Under the pieces are notes generated by a model. That model did no database searches and was not told where the DNA came from. It worked only from the letters and a program-made list of their open reading frames with translations. Shown here in pieces: positions 56,499-64,000 of a DNA stretch of 64,000 bases (position 1 is the stretch's first letter; each line of letters opens with the position of its first letter). The DNA is from Eubacteriales bacterium (GTDB lineage Bacteria > Bacillota > Clostridia > Oscillospirales > CAG-272): the NCBI GenBank assembly GCA_045660185.1, contig JAZRDI010000006.1:68288-132287 (forward strand). The letters are read 5' to 3'. The translations under genes were made by a program, and so were the position numbers.

Positions 56499-57119
56499 TT
56501 ATTTATCGTATTTGTATATATCTGCGTTAATTCCGTCAAAGAATCCTCGCGAATCGCGATCAATAAAGTTAGCGAACGTAGTTTTAGTGAAAACCTTCGA
56601 ACCAAATACCTCATCGCCTGTGAACGCTGCCTTTATAGACGTTCGTTCTGCAGTAACATAGGTTAACTCGCGCGGTGAGGGAGAAAAGATAAGTATTGGT
56701 ATTTCTTCTTTATAGTTTGATGTATCGGGGAGAAATACTGTACGCGGAAAATACACACGGGATGCCTCTTTGACCGCGATGACGTGTCTTGCAAGGCTTC
56801 TTACCTTTACCGCTCCGCCAGTCTTTAGAAAGACGCAAGCAAAGGATTTGTTAAGTATGTGAGCTGCGTGGCTATAGCCTTTTCCGTTAAAGAGTCTTAC
56901 TGCATACGTTTTATCTCTGACTTTAATTCTTGCGAAAGGCTTTTTTGTTACCTTTTTAGAGAAAAGCGCGAAAAAGCTGGTTATTTGAACCTCTACCGTG
57001 TCGATTTTTCGCAGTCCTAAAATAGAAAACAACATAGAAAGTCTTCTTTTTGTGAAAAGGAAAATCTTCACTGCGATAACTATTAGAATAACTATAAGTG
57101 AAAACTCGATAAGCGTCAT
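56499..57119 (-). CDS. Hypothetical N-terminally membrane-anchored protein (206 aa)
   Basis: One N-terminal TM segment and a basic soluble domain. No family recognised. The start abuts the upstream gene's stop. Confidence 0.5.
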   Translation of the reverse strand: MTLIEFSLIVILIVIAVKIFLFTKRRLSMLFSILGLRKIDTVEVQITSFFALFSKKVTKKPFARIKVRDKTYAVRLFNGKGYSHAAHILNKSFACVFLKTGGAVKVRSLARHVIAVKEASRVYFPRTVFLPDTSNYKEEIPILIFSPSPRELTYVTAERTSIKAAFTGDEVFGSKVFTKTTFANFIDRDSRGFFDGINADIYKYDK

Positions 57120-57120
57120 A

Positions 57121-57711
57121 TTACACCTCCGAGAACGACGAAAACCACTTAGCGCGGTAATATTTGAGAGTGAGGGGGATTGCCACGGTGTAGCAAGCCG
57201 CTATAATAACTATCATTACGATAGGAGCGAGGACATATCCAAAGCATTCGCTCATCATTTTGTAAGGCTCGGAAAGCTTTGCTAAAAACGATTCGTTTTT
57301 GATGAATGGCATAGGAACAAATATAAAGGGGATGGTGTAAATCAATCCATTCGTAATTGCCGAGAAAACGTCTGATTTGCCGAAAATGCTAATATAAGTA
57401 GGCAAAACCTCGCGTATTTTATACAAACCCTCGGTTTTTGTTATTATACGCTCGTATTTTTGATTGTTATATCTTAACGAAATATAAACGGTTATCAATA
57501 CCGTTACTACAAGAGAGATAAACCAAAGTGACGTGTAAATGGAATCGAAAAAGGTTTTGTTCGATCCAATGTCATAAGATGGGAAGACTTCCGGGATTAT
57601 CTCGTTTAGGAATCGGTATAGCTCCGATACGGTTATAGATACGCAAATACCTATTACAGCTCCGAGGATCATATAAAGAAAAAGTCTTACGGATTCCTTT
57701 AAAGATTGCAT
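57121..57711 (-). CDS. Hypothetical polytopic membrane protein (196 aa)
   Basis: About four hydrophobic segments. No family recognised. Confidence 0.5.
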   Translation of the reverse strand: MQSLKESVRLFLYMILGAVIGICVSITVSELYRFLNEIIPEVFPSYDIGSNKTFFDSIYTSLWFISLVVTVLITVYISLRYNNQKYERIITKTEGLYKIREVLPTYISIFGKSDVFSAITNGLIYTIPFIFVPMPFIKNESFLAKLSEPYKMMSECFGYVLAPIVMIVIIAACYTVAIPLTLKYYRAKWFSSFSEV

Positions 57712-57793
57712 TTTGTTTAGCCTCCCTTTTTTCTAATAGTTTAACATAACGCGAGGATATTTTCAAGATATATTTTAAAATTTTAAAATAGTG

Positions 57794-57822
57794 TTGATTT
57801 ATTTTTTAAAATATGCTATCAT
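57794..57822 (+). promoter_or_regulatory. sigma-A type promoter of the kdu/GH88 cluster
   Basis: TTGATT (57794-57799), 17 nt, TGc-TATCAT (57817-57822). Confidence 0.55.
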
Positions 57823-58009
57823 AGATGAGGTAATTAAAAAATAAACAACGGAAAGGGGTGCGATTAATATAATTAACCTTAAACTGATTGCCGAAAACGG
57901 TGACGTTAAATTTAAAGCGTACGGAGAGGAAATAGACGAGAGATTTGCAGGCGAATATGCCGAAGGCGATAAGTTCCGTCTTGAGCTTGATTTTGGCGGA
58001 TTCGTCAAG

Positions 58010-59506
58010 ATGAAGCTTGATGAAACTATGGCTGAATCGATAGTCTACGTCCCCGATGGAACGTTCGAGTTCGCTATTCCGTTTGGATACGAAAGACGCG
58101 CTTGCTACGGTCCCGACGCATTCGTTGGCGATAGCCATAGAATTATCGTTTCCGAGCCTACAGAGGCTGAAATTTATGCAGAGAGAAATATTGCTCTCAA
58201 CTCTCACGATAGACACAAGGTGAACAAATACTTCCCTCACGCGGTTGCGAATTTTGTAACGAGAGAGGACCCTTGCTTCTTTGAGAGAAACGCTATTGAC
58301 GGTGTGACAAACAATCTTTCGCACGGTCAGTATCCCTATCATTCGTGGGGGGGCGGACTCCGTGAGGATCTCGAATACGAGGTGCATTTTGGTACCGACG
58401 TTGAGGTCAGCTCGGTAACTATCTACATAAGAGCAGATTTCCCGCACGATACATATTGGAAAGAGATGGATATAGAATTTTCCGATAAATCAACCGAGCA
58501 CGTTACGCTTCAAGGCATAGCAGAGGGACAGACTTTTGAGTTTGCCAAGAGAGTAACGGAATACGTGAAGCTTACAGGCTTCAAGCAGCAAAGACTTGAG
58601 GACGGCTCGCTCTCATTTGCAGCATTAACAGAATTAGAAGTAAACGGTAAATACATTAAAAAGGAGAACGAAGGAATGGAAGTAAGACACGCTTCTAACG
58701 CAAAGGACGTCAGATTCTATACGACTGACAGACTCAGAGAGGAATTCCACATTGGAAATCTTTTCACAAAGGATAACATCAGAATGGTATATAGCCAGAC
58801 TGACAGAATTATAGTAATAGGAATGATGCCCATCAATCTCGAGCTTAAGCTTGAAGCAGGTAAGGAGCTTGCAGCAGATTACTTCCTTGAGCGCCGTGAG
58901 CTTGGATGCATCAACATCGGCGGTAAGGGAATTATCACCGTAGACGGCGAAGAGTATGACATGAATCCCCGCGACGGTATCTACGTTGGTAAGGGACATA
59001 AGGATCTTAAGTTTAAGAGCCTTGATGAAAAGAATCCCGCAAAGTTCTATATCACCTCTTGCCCTGCTCACACCGAGTATCCTACCGTTAAGATTGATAT
59101 AACGAAAGCTCGTAAGGTTCCATGTGGTTCTGTTGAGGATTGCAACAAGAGAGTAATCAACCAGTACATTCATCCCGAGGTAATGAAGTCCTGCCAGCTC
59201 GCTATGGGACTTACTCAGCTTGACGTTGGTTCTAACTGGAACACCATGCCTTGCCATACTCATGACAGACGTATGGAAGTATATCTCTATCTTGATATGG
59301 GCGCAAACGACGCTGTATTCCACATGATGGGTGAGCCCAAGGAAACACGTCACATCATTATGCATAATGAAGAGGCTGTAATTTCTCCCTCTTGGTCGAT
59401 TCACTCCGGCGTTGGAACAAAGAACTATTCGTTCATCTGGGCAATGTGCGGTGAAAACCAGGAATTCACCGATATGGATCATATCGAAACTAAAGAGCTT
59501 AGATAA
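58010..59506 (+). CDS. kduI: 5-dehydro-4-deoxy-D-glucuronate isomerase (KduI) fused in frame to an N-terminal discoidin/F5-8-type-C-like carbohydrate-binding-like domain
   Basis: From the internal ATG at 58676 (AAGGAG 9 nt upstream), the 276 aa align along their whole length with the KduI layout as I remember it (YFLERRELG.INIGG, WNTMPCHTH.RRMEVY, SPSWSIHSGVGT). The upstream 222 codons are in frame with no stop, and the frame is open back to 57845. Confidence 0.82.
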   Translation: MKLDETMAESIVYVPDGTFEFAIPFGYERRACYGPDAFVGDSHRIIVSEPTEAEIYAERNIALNSHDRHKVNKYFPHAVANFVTREDPCFFERNAIDGVTNNLSHGQYPYHSWGGGLREDLEYEVHFGTDVEVSSVTIYIRADFPHDTYWKEMDIEFSDKSTEHVTLQGIAEGQTFEFAKRVTEYVKLTGFKQQRLEDGSLSFAALTELEVNGKYIKKENEGMEVRHASNAKDVRFYTTDRLREEFHIGNLFTKDNIRMVYSQTDRIIVIGMMPINLELKLEAGKELAADYFLERRELGCINIGGKGIITVDGEEYDMNPRDGIYVGKGHKDLKFKSLDEKNPAKFYITSCPAHTEYPTVKIDITKARKVPCGSVEDCNKRVINQYIHPEVMKSCQLAMGLTQLDVGSNWNTMPCHTHDRRMEVYLYLDMGANDAVFHMMGEPKETRHIIMHNEEAVISPSWSIHSGVGTKNYSFIWAMCGENQEFTDMDHIETKELR

Positions 59507-59568
59507 TTAAACAAACACGACACATTTTAGACAATTAAACAGATTCAATATATCAAGGAGAACAAAAC

Positions 59569-60366
59569 ATGGCAAACAATTTTGATCTTACAGGTAAGGT
59601 TGCCCTTATTACAGGCGCATCCTACGGTATTGGCTATGCAATTGCAAAGGGACTTGCAGCAGCAGGCGCAAAAATCGTATTCAACGATATTAAGCAGGAG
59701 TTCGTAGACAAGGGACTTGCTGCATACAAGGCAGATGGAATTGACGCAACCGGTTACGTTTGCGACGTTACCGATGAGGATGGCGTTAACGAGATGGTTG
59801 CTAAAATCGAAAAGGAAGTTGGTGTTGTTGACATTCTCGTAAACAATGCCGGCATTATCAAGAGAATTCCTATGATAGATATGAAGGCTTCCGAGTTCAG
59901 ACAGGTAATCGACGTTGACCTCAACGCTCCCTTCATCGTTTCTAAGGCAGTTCTTCCCTCTATGATTAAGCAGAAGAGCGGTAAGATAATCAACATTTGC
60001 TCTATGATGAGTGAGTTCGGACGTGAAACCGTTTCCGCTTACGCTTCCGCAAAGGGCGGTCTTAAGATGCTTACCAGAAATATAGCTTCCGAGTACGGTC
60101 AGTACAACATTCAGTGCAATGGTATCGGCCCCGGCTATATCGCAACTCCTCAAACTGCTCCCCTTCGTGAAACACAGCCCGATGGCTCGAAGCATCCCTT
60201 CGACGTGTTCATCACCGAAACCAAGACTCCGGCAGGCAGATGGGGTAATCCCGAAGACCTCGCAGGTCCCGCAGTATTCCTCGCATCTAACGCATCCGAC
60301 TTCGTAAACGGACAGATTCTTTACGTAGACGGCGGAATACAGGCATACTTCGGCAAGCAGCCTTAA
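59569..60366 (+). CDS. kduD: 2-dehydro-3-deoxy-D-gluconate 5-dehydrogenase (SDR family)
   Basis: TGASYGIG cofactor motif and the catalytic YASAK (YxxxK). Adjacent to kduI. Confidence 0.83.
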   Translation: MANNFDLTGKVALITGASYGIGYAIAKGLAAAGAKIVFNDIKQEFVDKGLAAYKADGIDATGYVCDVTDEDGVNEMVAKIEKEVGVVDILVNNAGIIKRIPMIDMKASEFRQVIDVDLNAPFIVSKAVLPSMIKQKSGKIINICSMMSEFGRETVSAYASAKGGLKMLTRNIASEYGQYNIQCNGIGPGYIATPQTAPLRETQPDGSKHPFDVFITETKTPAGRWGNPEDLAGPAVFLASNASDFVNGQILYVDGGIQAYFGKQP

Positions 60367-60393
60367 GTCATAAAAGAACCGGACTAACAAGTC

Positions 60394-60438
60394 TTGATAC
60401 GACAAATTTTAGCATCTTTCGTCGTATCAATTCTTGTT
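60394..60438 (+). terminator. Putative terminator or attenuator after kduD
   Basis: TTGATACGAC ... GTCGTATCAA 10-bp stem with a 17-nt loop, followed by TTCTTGTT. Confidence 0.45.
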
Positions 60439-60617
60439 AAGTGCTACTTAACTGCGGCTTGTTGTAACCAAATCTATTCTCCATGGGCAGTGGCTGCGGT
60501 TTAAGGTGAAATAACTAAAGAATTCCCCAAGAATTATGCGAACGAGCAATTTGTAAATGAATTTTGTTTGCTTGTTTTAGGTGAATTGCGAATAAAACTT
60601 TACATTTAGGAACTGTT

Positions 60618-61799
60618 ATGAAAAATTATAATACAATTCTTTCTGAAAATTCAGAGTGGGCTAAAGCTACATTTGATAAGATTAATGCTAAAATGCAGAA
60701 TGTAACTGTTCGCTCTCGTGAAAAACTTCCGGACGGAGTTGACGAGAATGGCATTCACGTTGACCAGATGCCTACCAGACATAACTGGTGGTGCAATGGC
60801 TTCTGGGGCGGTCTTAACTATATGCTTTACGAGCATACAAAAAACGAAGAATATCTTAAGACGGCACAGCGCAGTGAAGAGCTTATGGATGGTGCTTTGG
60901 CAAACTTTGAAAAGCTTCATCATGATGTTGGCTTCCAATGGGGTATACTCTCGGCTGCAGGCTATCGCTTAACAGGTGATAAAAAATCAAGAACAAGAGC
61001 GCTCTTTGCAGCATCTACTCTTTTCTCTCGTTTTGTTATGACTCCCGAGGGCGGATACATCCGTGCTTGGAATAACAAATTCGGCGGGCATTCCGTAGAT
61101 GATTGGTCCATTATAGACTGTCTTATGAATCTTCCCTTGCTCTATTGGGCAAGCCGTGAGATTGGTGATGATAGATTTAAGCAGGTTGCTATGCTCCACG
61201 CGGATATGGCTCTTTACGATCATCTTCGCGAGGATGGTTCGGTTAAGCATATTGTTGAGCATGACAGAGAAACCGGACTTGAGGTATGCTCTTACGGTGG
61301 TCAGGGAATTGCTGAGGGTTCATCTTGGTCGCGCGGTCAATCCTGGGGACTTTACGGTTTTATGCTCTCTTATATGCACACGGGTGAGGAGGCTTACCTC
61401 AACGCTGCAAAGCAGATTGCTAATTACTTCATCTCCAACTGCTCTGATGATTGGCTTCCGAGAGTCGACTTCCGTGCTCCGGCTGAGCCTGTTTATTATG
61501 ATTCTACTGCAGGTGCTATTGCTGCTTGCGGTATGATAGAGCTTGCAAAACATCTTCCGGAAAACGAAGGCGGAATGTATATGCATGCAGCTGTAAGCAT
61601 TCTTCGTGCTATGGAAGAGAAATTTATGAACTGGGATCCTAACACCGATGATATGCTTGGTTATGGAACAGTTCGTTATCCCGTGCCCGGTCAGTTTACC
61701 GAGAAGTCTGCGGGTGTGCATATCTCTATCATATATGGTGACTATTTCTATACTGAGGCTATTCTTAAGCTTCTCGGCTCTGAATTCTTGCCTTGGTAA
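60618..61799 (+). CDS. Glycoside hydrolase family 88 (unsaturated glucuronyl hydrolase-like), copy 1
   Basis: WWCNGFWGG, DCLMNLPLLYWAS and GSSWSRGQSWGLYGF motifs are typical of GH88/UGL. Confidence 0.83.
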   Translation: MKNYNTILSENSEWAKATFDKINAKMQNVTVRSREKLPDGVDENGIHVDQMPTRHNWWCNGFWGGLNYMLYEHTKNEEYLKTAQRSEELMDGALANFEKLHHDVGFQWGILSAAGYRLTGDKKSRTRALFAASTLFSRFVMTPEGGYIRAWNNKFGGHSVDDWSIIDCLMNLPLLYWASREIGDDRFKQVAMLHADMALYDHLREDGSVKHIVEHDRETGLEVCSYGGQGIAEGSSWSRGQSWGLYGFMLSYMHTGEEAYLNAAKQIANYFISNCSDDWLPRVDFRAPAEPVYYDSTAGAIAACGMIELAKHLPENEGGMYMHAAVSILRAMEEKFMNWDPNTDDMLGYGTVRYPVPGQFTEKSAGVHISIIYGDYFYTEAILKLLGSEFLPW

Positions 61800-61835
61800 T
61801 CAACAAAAATAATATTTAACAATAAAGGTGCTATC

Positions 61836-62999
61836 ATGAAAAACTATAACACTATACTTAATGAAAATCTCGAGTGGGCAAAGGAAACTTTTGCTAAGAT
61901 AGATGCAAAAATGTCTGCTATGACGCTTCGTTCTCGCGATAAGATTCCGGACGGAGTTGATAAGGACGGATTCCACGTTGACCGTATGCTCACCAACCCT
62001 AACTGGTGGTGTAACGGATTCTGGGGCGGTCTTAACTATATGCTCTACTCATACACCAAGAACGAAGAATATCTCAAGACCGGAAGAAGAAGCGAGGAGC
62101 TTATGGACAAAGCTCTCGCAAATTATGATAAGCTTGACCACGACCTCGGCTTCCTTTGGCATCTTATGTCCGGAGCAAGCTACAAGATCACGGGTGACAG
62201 AGCATCCAAGGTTCGTAATTTCTTTGCTGCCAGTACACTTGCCTCTCGTTACGTAATGGACGGTGGATTCATCCGCGCTTGGAATAGCCAGAAGGGTGAA
62301 AACTGGTCTATCATAGACTGCCTTATGAATCTTCCTCTTCTTTATTGGGCAAGCGAAGAAATCGGTGATGACAGATTTAAGCAGATCGCTATGGCTCATG
62401 CTGATATGTCACTTATCGATCATCTTCGTGAGGATGGCTCTATTAATCACATCTGTGAGCATAGCAGAGAAACAGGCGAGCTCGTTACTACTCACGCAGG
62501 TCAGGGCGCAGCGGTTGGCTCGTCTTGGTCACGCGGTCAGTCGTGGGGACTTTACGGCTTCCTTCTTTCTTATATTCACACGGGTGAGGAGAGATACCTC
62601 AACGCATCTAAGCAGGTTGCTAATTACTTCATCGCAAATTGCTCTGATGATTGGCTTCCCAGAATTGATTTCCGTGCTCCCGCAGAGCCCGTTTATTATG
62701 ATTCAACAGCAGGTGCAATAGCTGCTTGTGGTATGATAGAACTTGCAAAGCGTCTTCCCGAGAACGAGGGCGGTATGTATATGAATGCTGCTGTTAATAT
62801 TCTTAAGGCTATGACAGAGAAGTTCGTTGACTGGAACCCCGAGAACGACCACATGCTTGGATATGGTTCTGTTCGTTATCCCATTTCCGGACAGTTCACC
62901 GAGGAATCAGCAGGTGTTCACGTTTCCATTATCTATGCGGAGTACTTCTACACTGAAGCTATCTTAAAGCTTCTCGGCGCAGAGTTCTTCCCTTGGTAA
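61836..62999 (+). CDS. Glycoside hydrolase family 88 (unsaturated glucuronyl hydrolase-like), copy 2 (tandem paralogue)
   Basis: Same motifs as copy 1. Roughly three quarters of residues are identical to copy 1 by eye, with two small indels. Confidence 0.83.
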   Translation: MKNYNTILNENLEWAKETFAKIDAKMSAMTLRSRDKIPDGVDKDGFHVDRMLTNPNWWCNGFWGGLNYMLYSYTKNEEYLKTGRRSEELMDKALANYDKLDHDLGFLWHLMSGASYKITGDRASKVRNFFAASTLASRYVMDGGFIRAWNSQKGENWSIIDCLMNLPLLYWASEEIGDDRFKQIAMAHADMSLIDHLREDGSINHICEHSRETGELVTTHAGQGAAVGSSWSRGQSWGLYGFLLSYIHTGEERYLNASKQVANYFIANCSDDWLPRIDFRAPAEPVYYDSTAGAIAACGMIELAKRLPENEGGMYMNAAVNILKAMTEKFVDWNPENDHMLGYGSVRYPISGQFTEESAGVHVSIIYAEYFYTEAILKLLGAEFFPW

Positions 63000-63034
63000 T
63001 CTAACTAAATGTAAACAAATGTTTTAAATTATAT

Positions 63035-63085
63035 AAAAAAACAGGCGATGTCTTGCCCAAAAAGGTTTGACATCGCCTGTTTTTA
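63035..63085. terminator. Bidirectional terminator between GH88 copy 2 and the repressor gene
   Basis: AAAAAA-ACAGGCGATGTC ... GACATCGCCTGT-TTTTT. Confidence 0.8.
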
Positions 63086-63108
63086 TATGCATCAAAATGT
63101 ATCAAATA

Positions 63109-63738
63109 TTAGATTATAGAGCTTTGGAAAGCAACGGCTTTGCCGAGAATTTTAATATCCTCAAGCTCCATTCCAAGATAAACGAGAGGAGCGTATCGCG
63201 GATTTTCGGGAGAGAGTATAAGCTTTTCCTCTTCGGGATAAAAATACACTCTTTTTAGGGTTGCCTCGTCATTAATTATAACGGCAGCTATTTCTCCGTT
63301 GTCCACGGAATTTTGACTTCTTATAAACACAATATCACCGTCAAAAATACGAGCTCCAATCATAGAATCGCCGTGCGCGCGAAGACAGAAATCCGCATCG
63401 AGCGTACCGTTTGTCATTGCAAAGCTTTCTCTTGTTTCATCTGCGTATATAGGCTTTCCGCAAGCTATGTCCCCGAGAATGGGGATTTTTTTTATTTTAA
63501 CAGGAGATTCCAATCCAATGCCGCCTATTTGTATTTCATTATCATCCCATCCCATAAGGCTTTGGGGCGTTGTATCCAAAGCGTTTGCGAGAGCGACTAT
63601 TTTATCTGATGGAATGTTAGCGATGATTCCGTTCTCGTACCTGTTAATCGTCTGTTTACTTGTACCGATAATATCTGCAAGCTCCTCAAGTGTCATTCGT
63701 TTAGAGCGACGAAGCTCCTTAATTCTTTTTCCTATCAT
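63109..63738 (-). CDS. XRE-family HTH fused to an S24 (LexA/CI-like) self-cleaving peptidase: phage/ICE-type repressor
   Basis: N-terminal HTH_3 (IKELRRSKRMTLEELADIIGTSKQTINRYENG). C-terminal S24 domain with GDSM (Ser nucleophile) and ATLKRV (Lys). This is not the winged-helix N-domain of canonical LexA. ATG at 63738 follows GGAGGG. Confidence 0.85.
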   Translation of the reverse strand: MIGKRIKELRRSKRMTLEELADIIGTSKQTINRYENGIIANIPSDKIVALANALDTTPQSLMGWDDNEIQIGGIGLESPVKIKKIPILGDIACGKPIYADETRESFAMTNGTLDADFCLRAHGDSMIGARIFDGDIVFIRSQNSVDNGEIAAVIINDEATLKRVYFYPEEEKLILSPENPRYAPLVYLGMELEDIKILGKAVAFQSSII

Positions 63739-63811
63739 AATAGATCCCTCCAAACAATTTATATTTAATCATAAAAAACAAAAATCGATAAAATGCGACA
63801 GAGTCACCTAT

Positions 63812-63840
63812 ATTGTAACATAAAGTCACGCGTTATGCAA
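63812..63840 (-). promoter_or_regulatory. Putative promoter of the repressor gene
   Basis: On the minus strand: TTGCAT (rc of 63835-63840), 17 nt, TGt-TACAAT (rc of 63812-63817). Confidence 0.5.
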
Positions 63841-63880
63841 TAGCTTGACGAAAAAAATTCAAAAAACTTGAAAAAGTCAC

Positions 63881-63909
63881 TTGACAAGTTGCTTTTTGTG
63901 TGTTACAAT
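63881..63909 (+). promoter_or_regulatory. Divergent rightward promoter (candidate early/lytic promoter of an element lying right of the window)
   Basis: TTGACA (63881-63886), 17 nt, TGt-TACAAT (63904-63909). Confidence 0.6.
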
Positions 63910-63957
63910 TGTCACGTAATGAGTGACTTTGTCGCATTGTCACTTAATGCGTGACTT
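63908..63957. promoter_or_regulatory. Two tandem operator-like palindromes, GTCAC-N7-GTGAC
   Basis: GTCACGTAATGAGTGAC (63911-63927) and GTCACTTAATGCGTGAC (63939-63955), each preceded by ATT and with a 28-bp period, starting 2 nt after the -10 box. The related AATGCGACAGAGTCAC at 63792-63807 is a 15/16 inverted copy of 63923-63938. Confidence 0.6.
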
Positions 63958-64000
63958 ACTGAAACAAAAATAGATTTAAAGGCGTAGGGAACGTAAGAAC

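Noticed and set aside
1-64000. CRISPR arrays, rRNA genes, transposases/IS elements, integrases, restriction-modification systems or other recognisable defence systems.
   Set aside because: I scanned ORF translations and intergenic DNA and found none. The mobile-DNA signals reported here are scars and repeats without an associated recombinase inside the window.

Overview
This 64-kb window looks like a chromosomal segment of a low-GC Firmicute, probably a Clostridia gut anaerobe of the Oscillospiraceae/Ruminococcaceae type. That placement is an inference from a T-box leader on valS, repeated TTGACA-17-(TGn)TAnnnT promoters, BspA-type LRR lipoproteins and overall gene content. All calls rest on reading the ORF translations and the DNA by eye; no database search was run.

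Coding density is high. Most genes are housekeeping: mrnC-hisS, ygiQ-type radical SAM, pcrA, an rsmF-like methyltransferase, rlmD, prfB, trmK-nif3, dapA, queA, rlmA, ruvX, thiI and valS. Interspersed are surface and secreted proteins (a 1305-aa double-VWA lipoprotein and three BspA-like LRR proteins) and carbohydrate genes (a domain-permuted GH3, and kduI-kduD followed by two tandem GH88 genes). There are also many small hydrolases, transporters and orphan membrane proteins or lipoproteins. One tRNA-Glu(CTC) is present. I saw no rRNA, no CRISPR array, and no recognisable transposase or integrase.

I did not find a clear complete novel multi-gene system such as a defence island. The signals most worth follow-up are mainly non-coding:
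- A dense DnaA-box cluster plus an AT-rich tract upstream of pcrA.
- A triplicated rlmD 3' end with a 28-bp perfect palindrome, flanking a 1-kb single-gene insert. This looks like a site-specific integration scar.
- A 98-bp direct repeat downstream of tRNA-Glu, enclosing a dyad of nested hairpins interleaved with three ordered fragments of the tRNA 3' end.
- An XRE-S24 (CI-like) repressor with divergent promoters and tandem GTCAC-N7-GTGAC operators at the right edge, probably the border of a prophage or ICE lying outside the window.
- Two unusual in-frame domain fusions: a discoidin-like domain fused to KduI, and a CN-hydrolase fused to GDPD.
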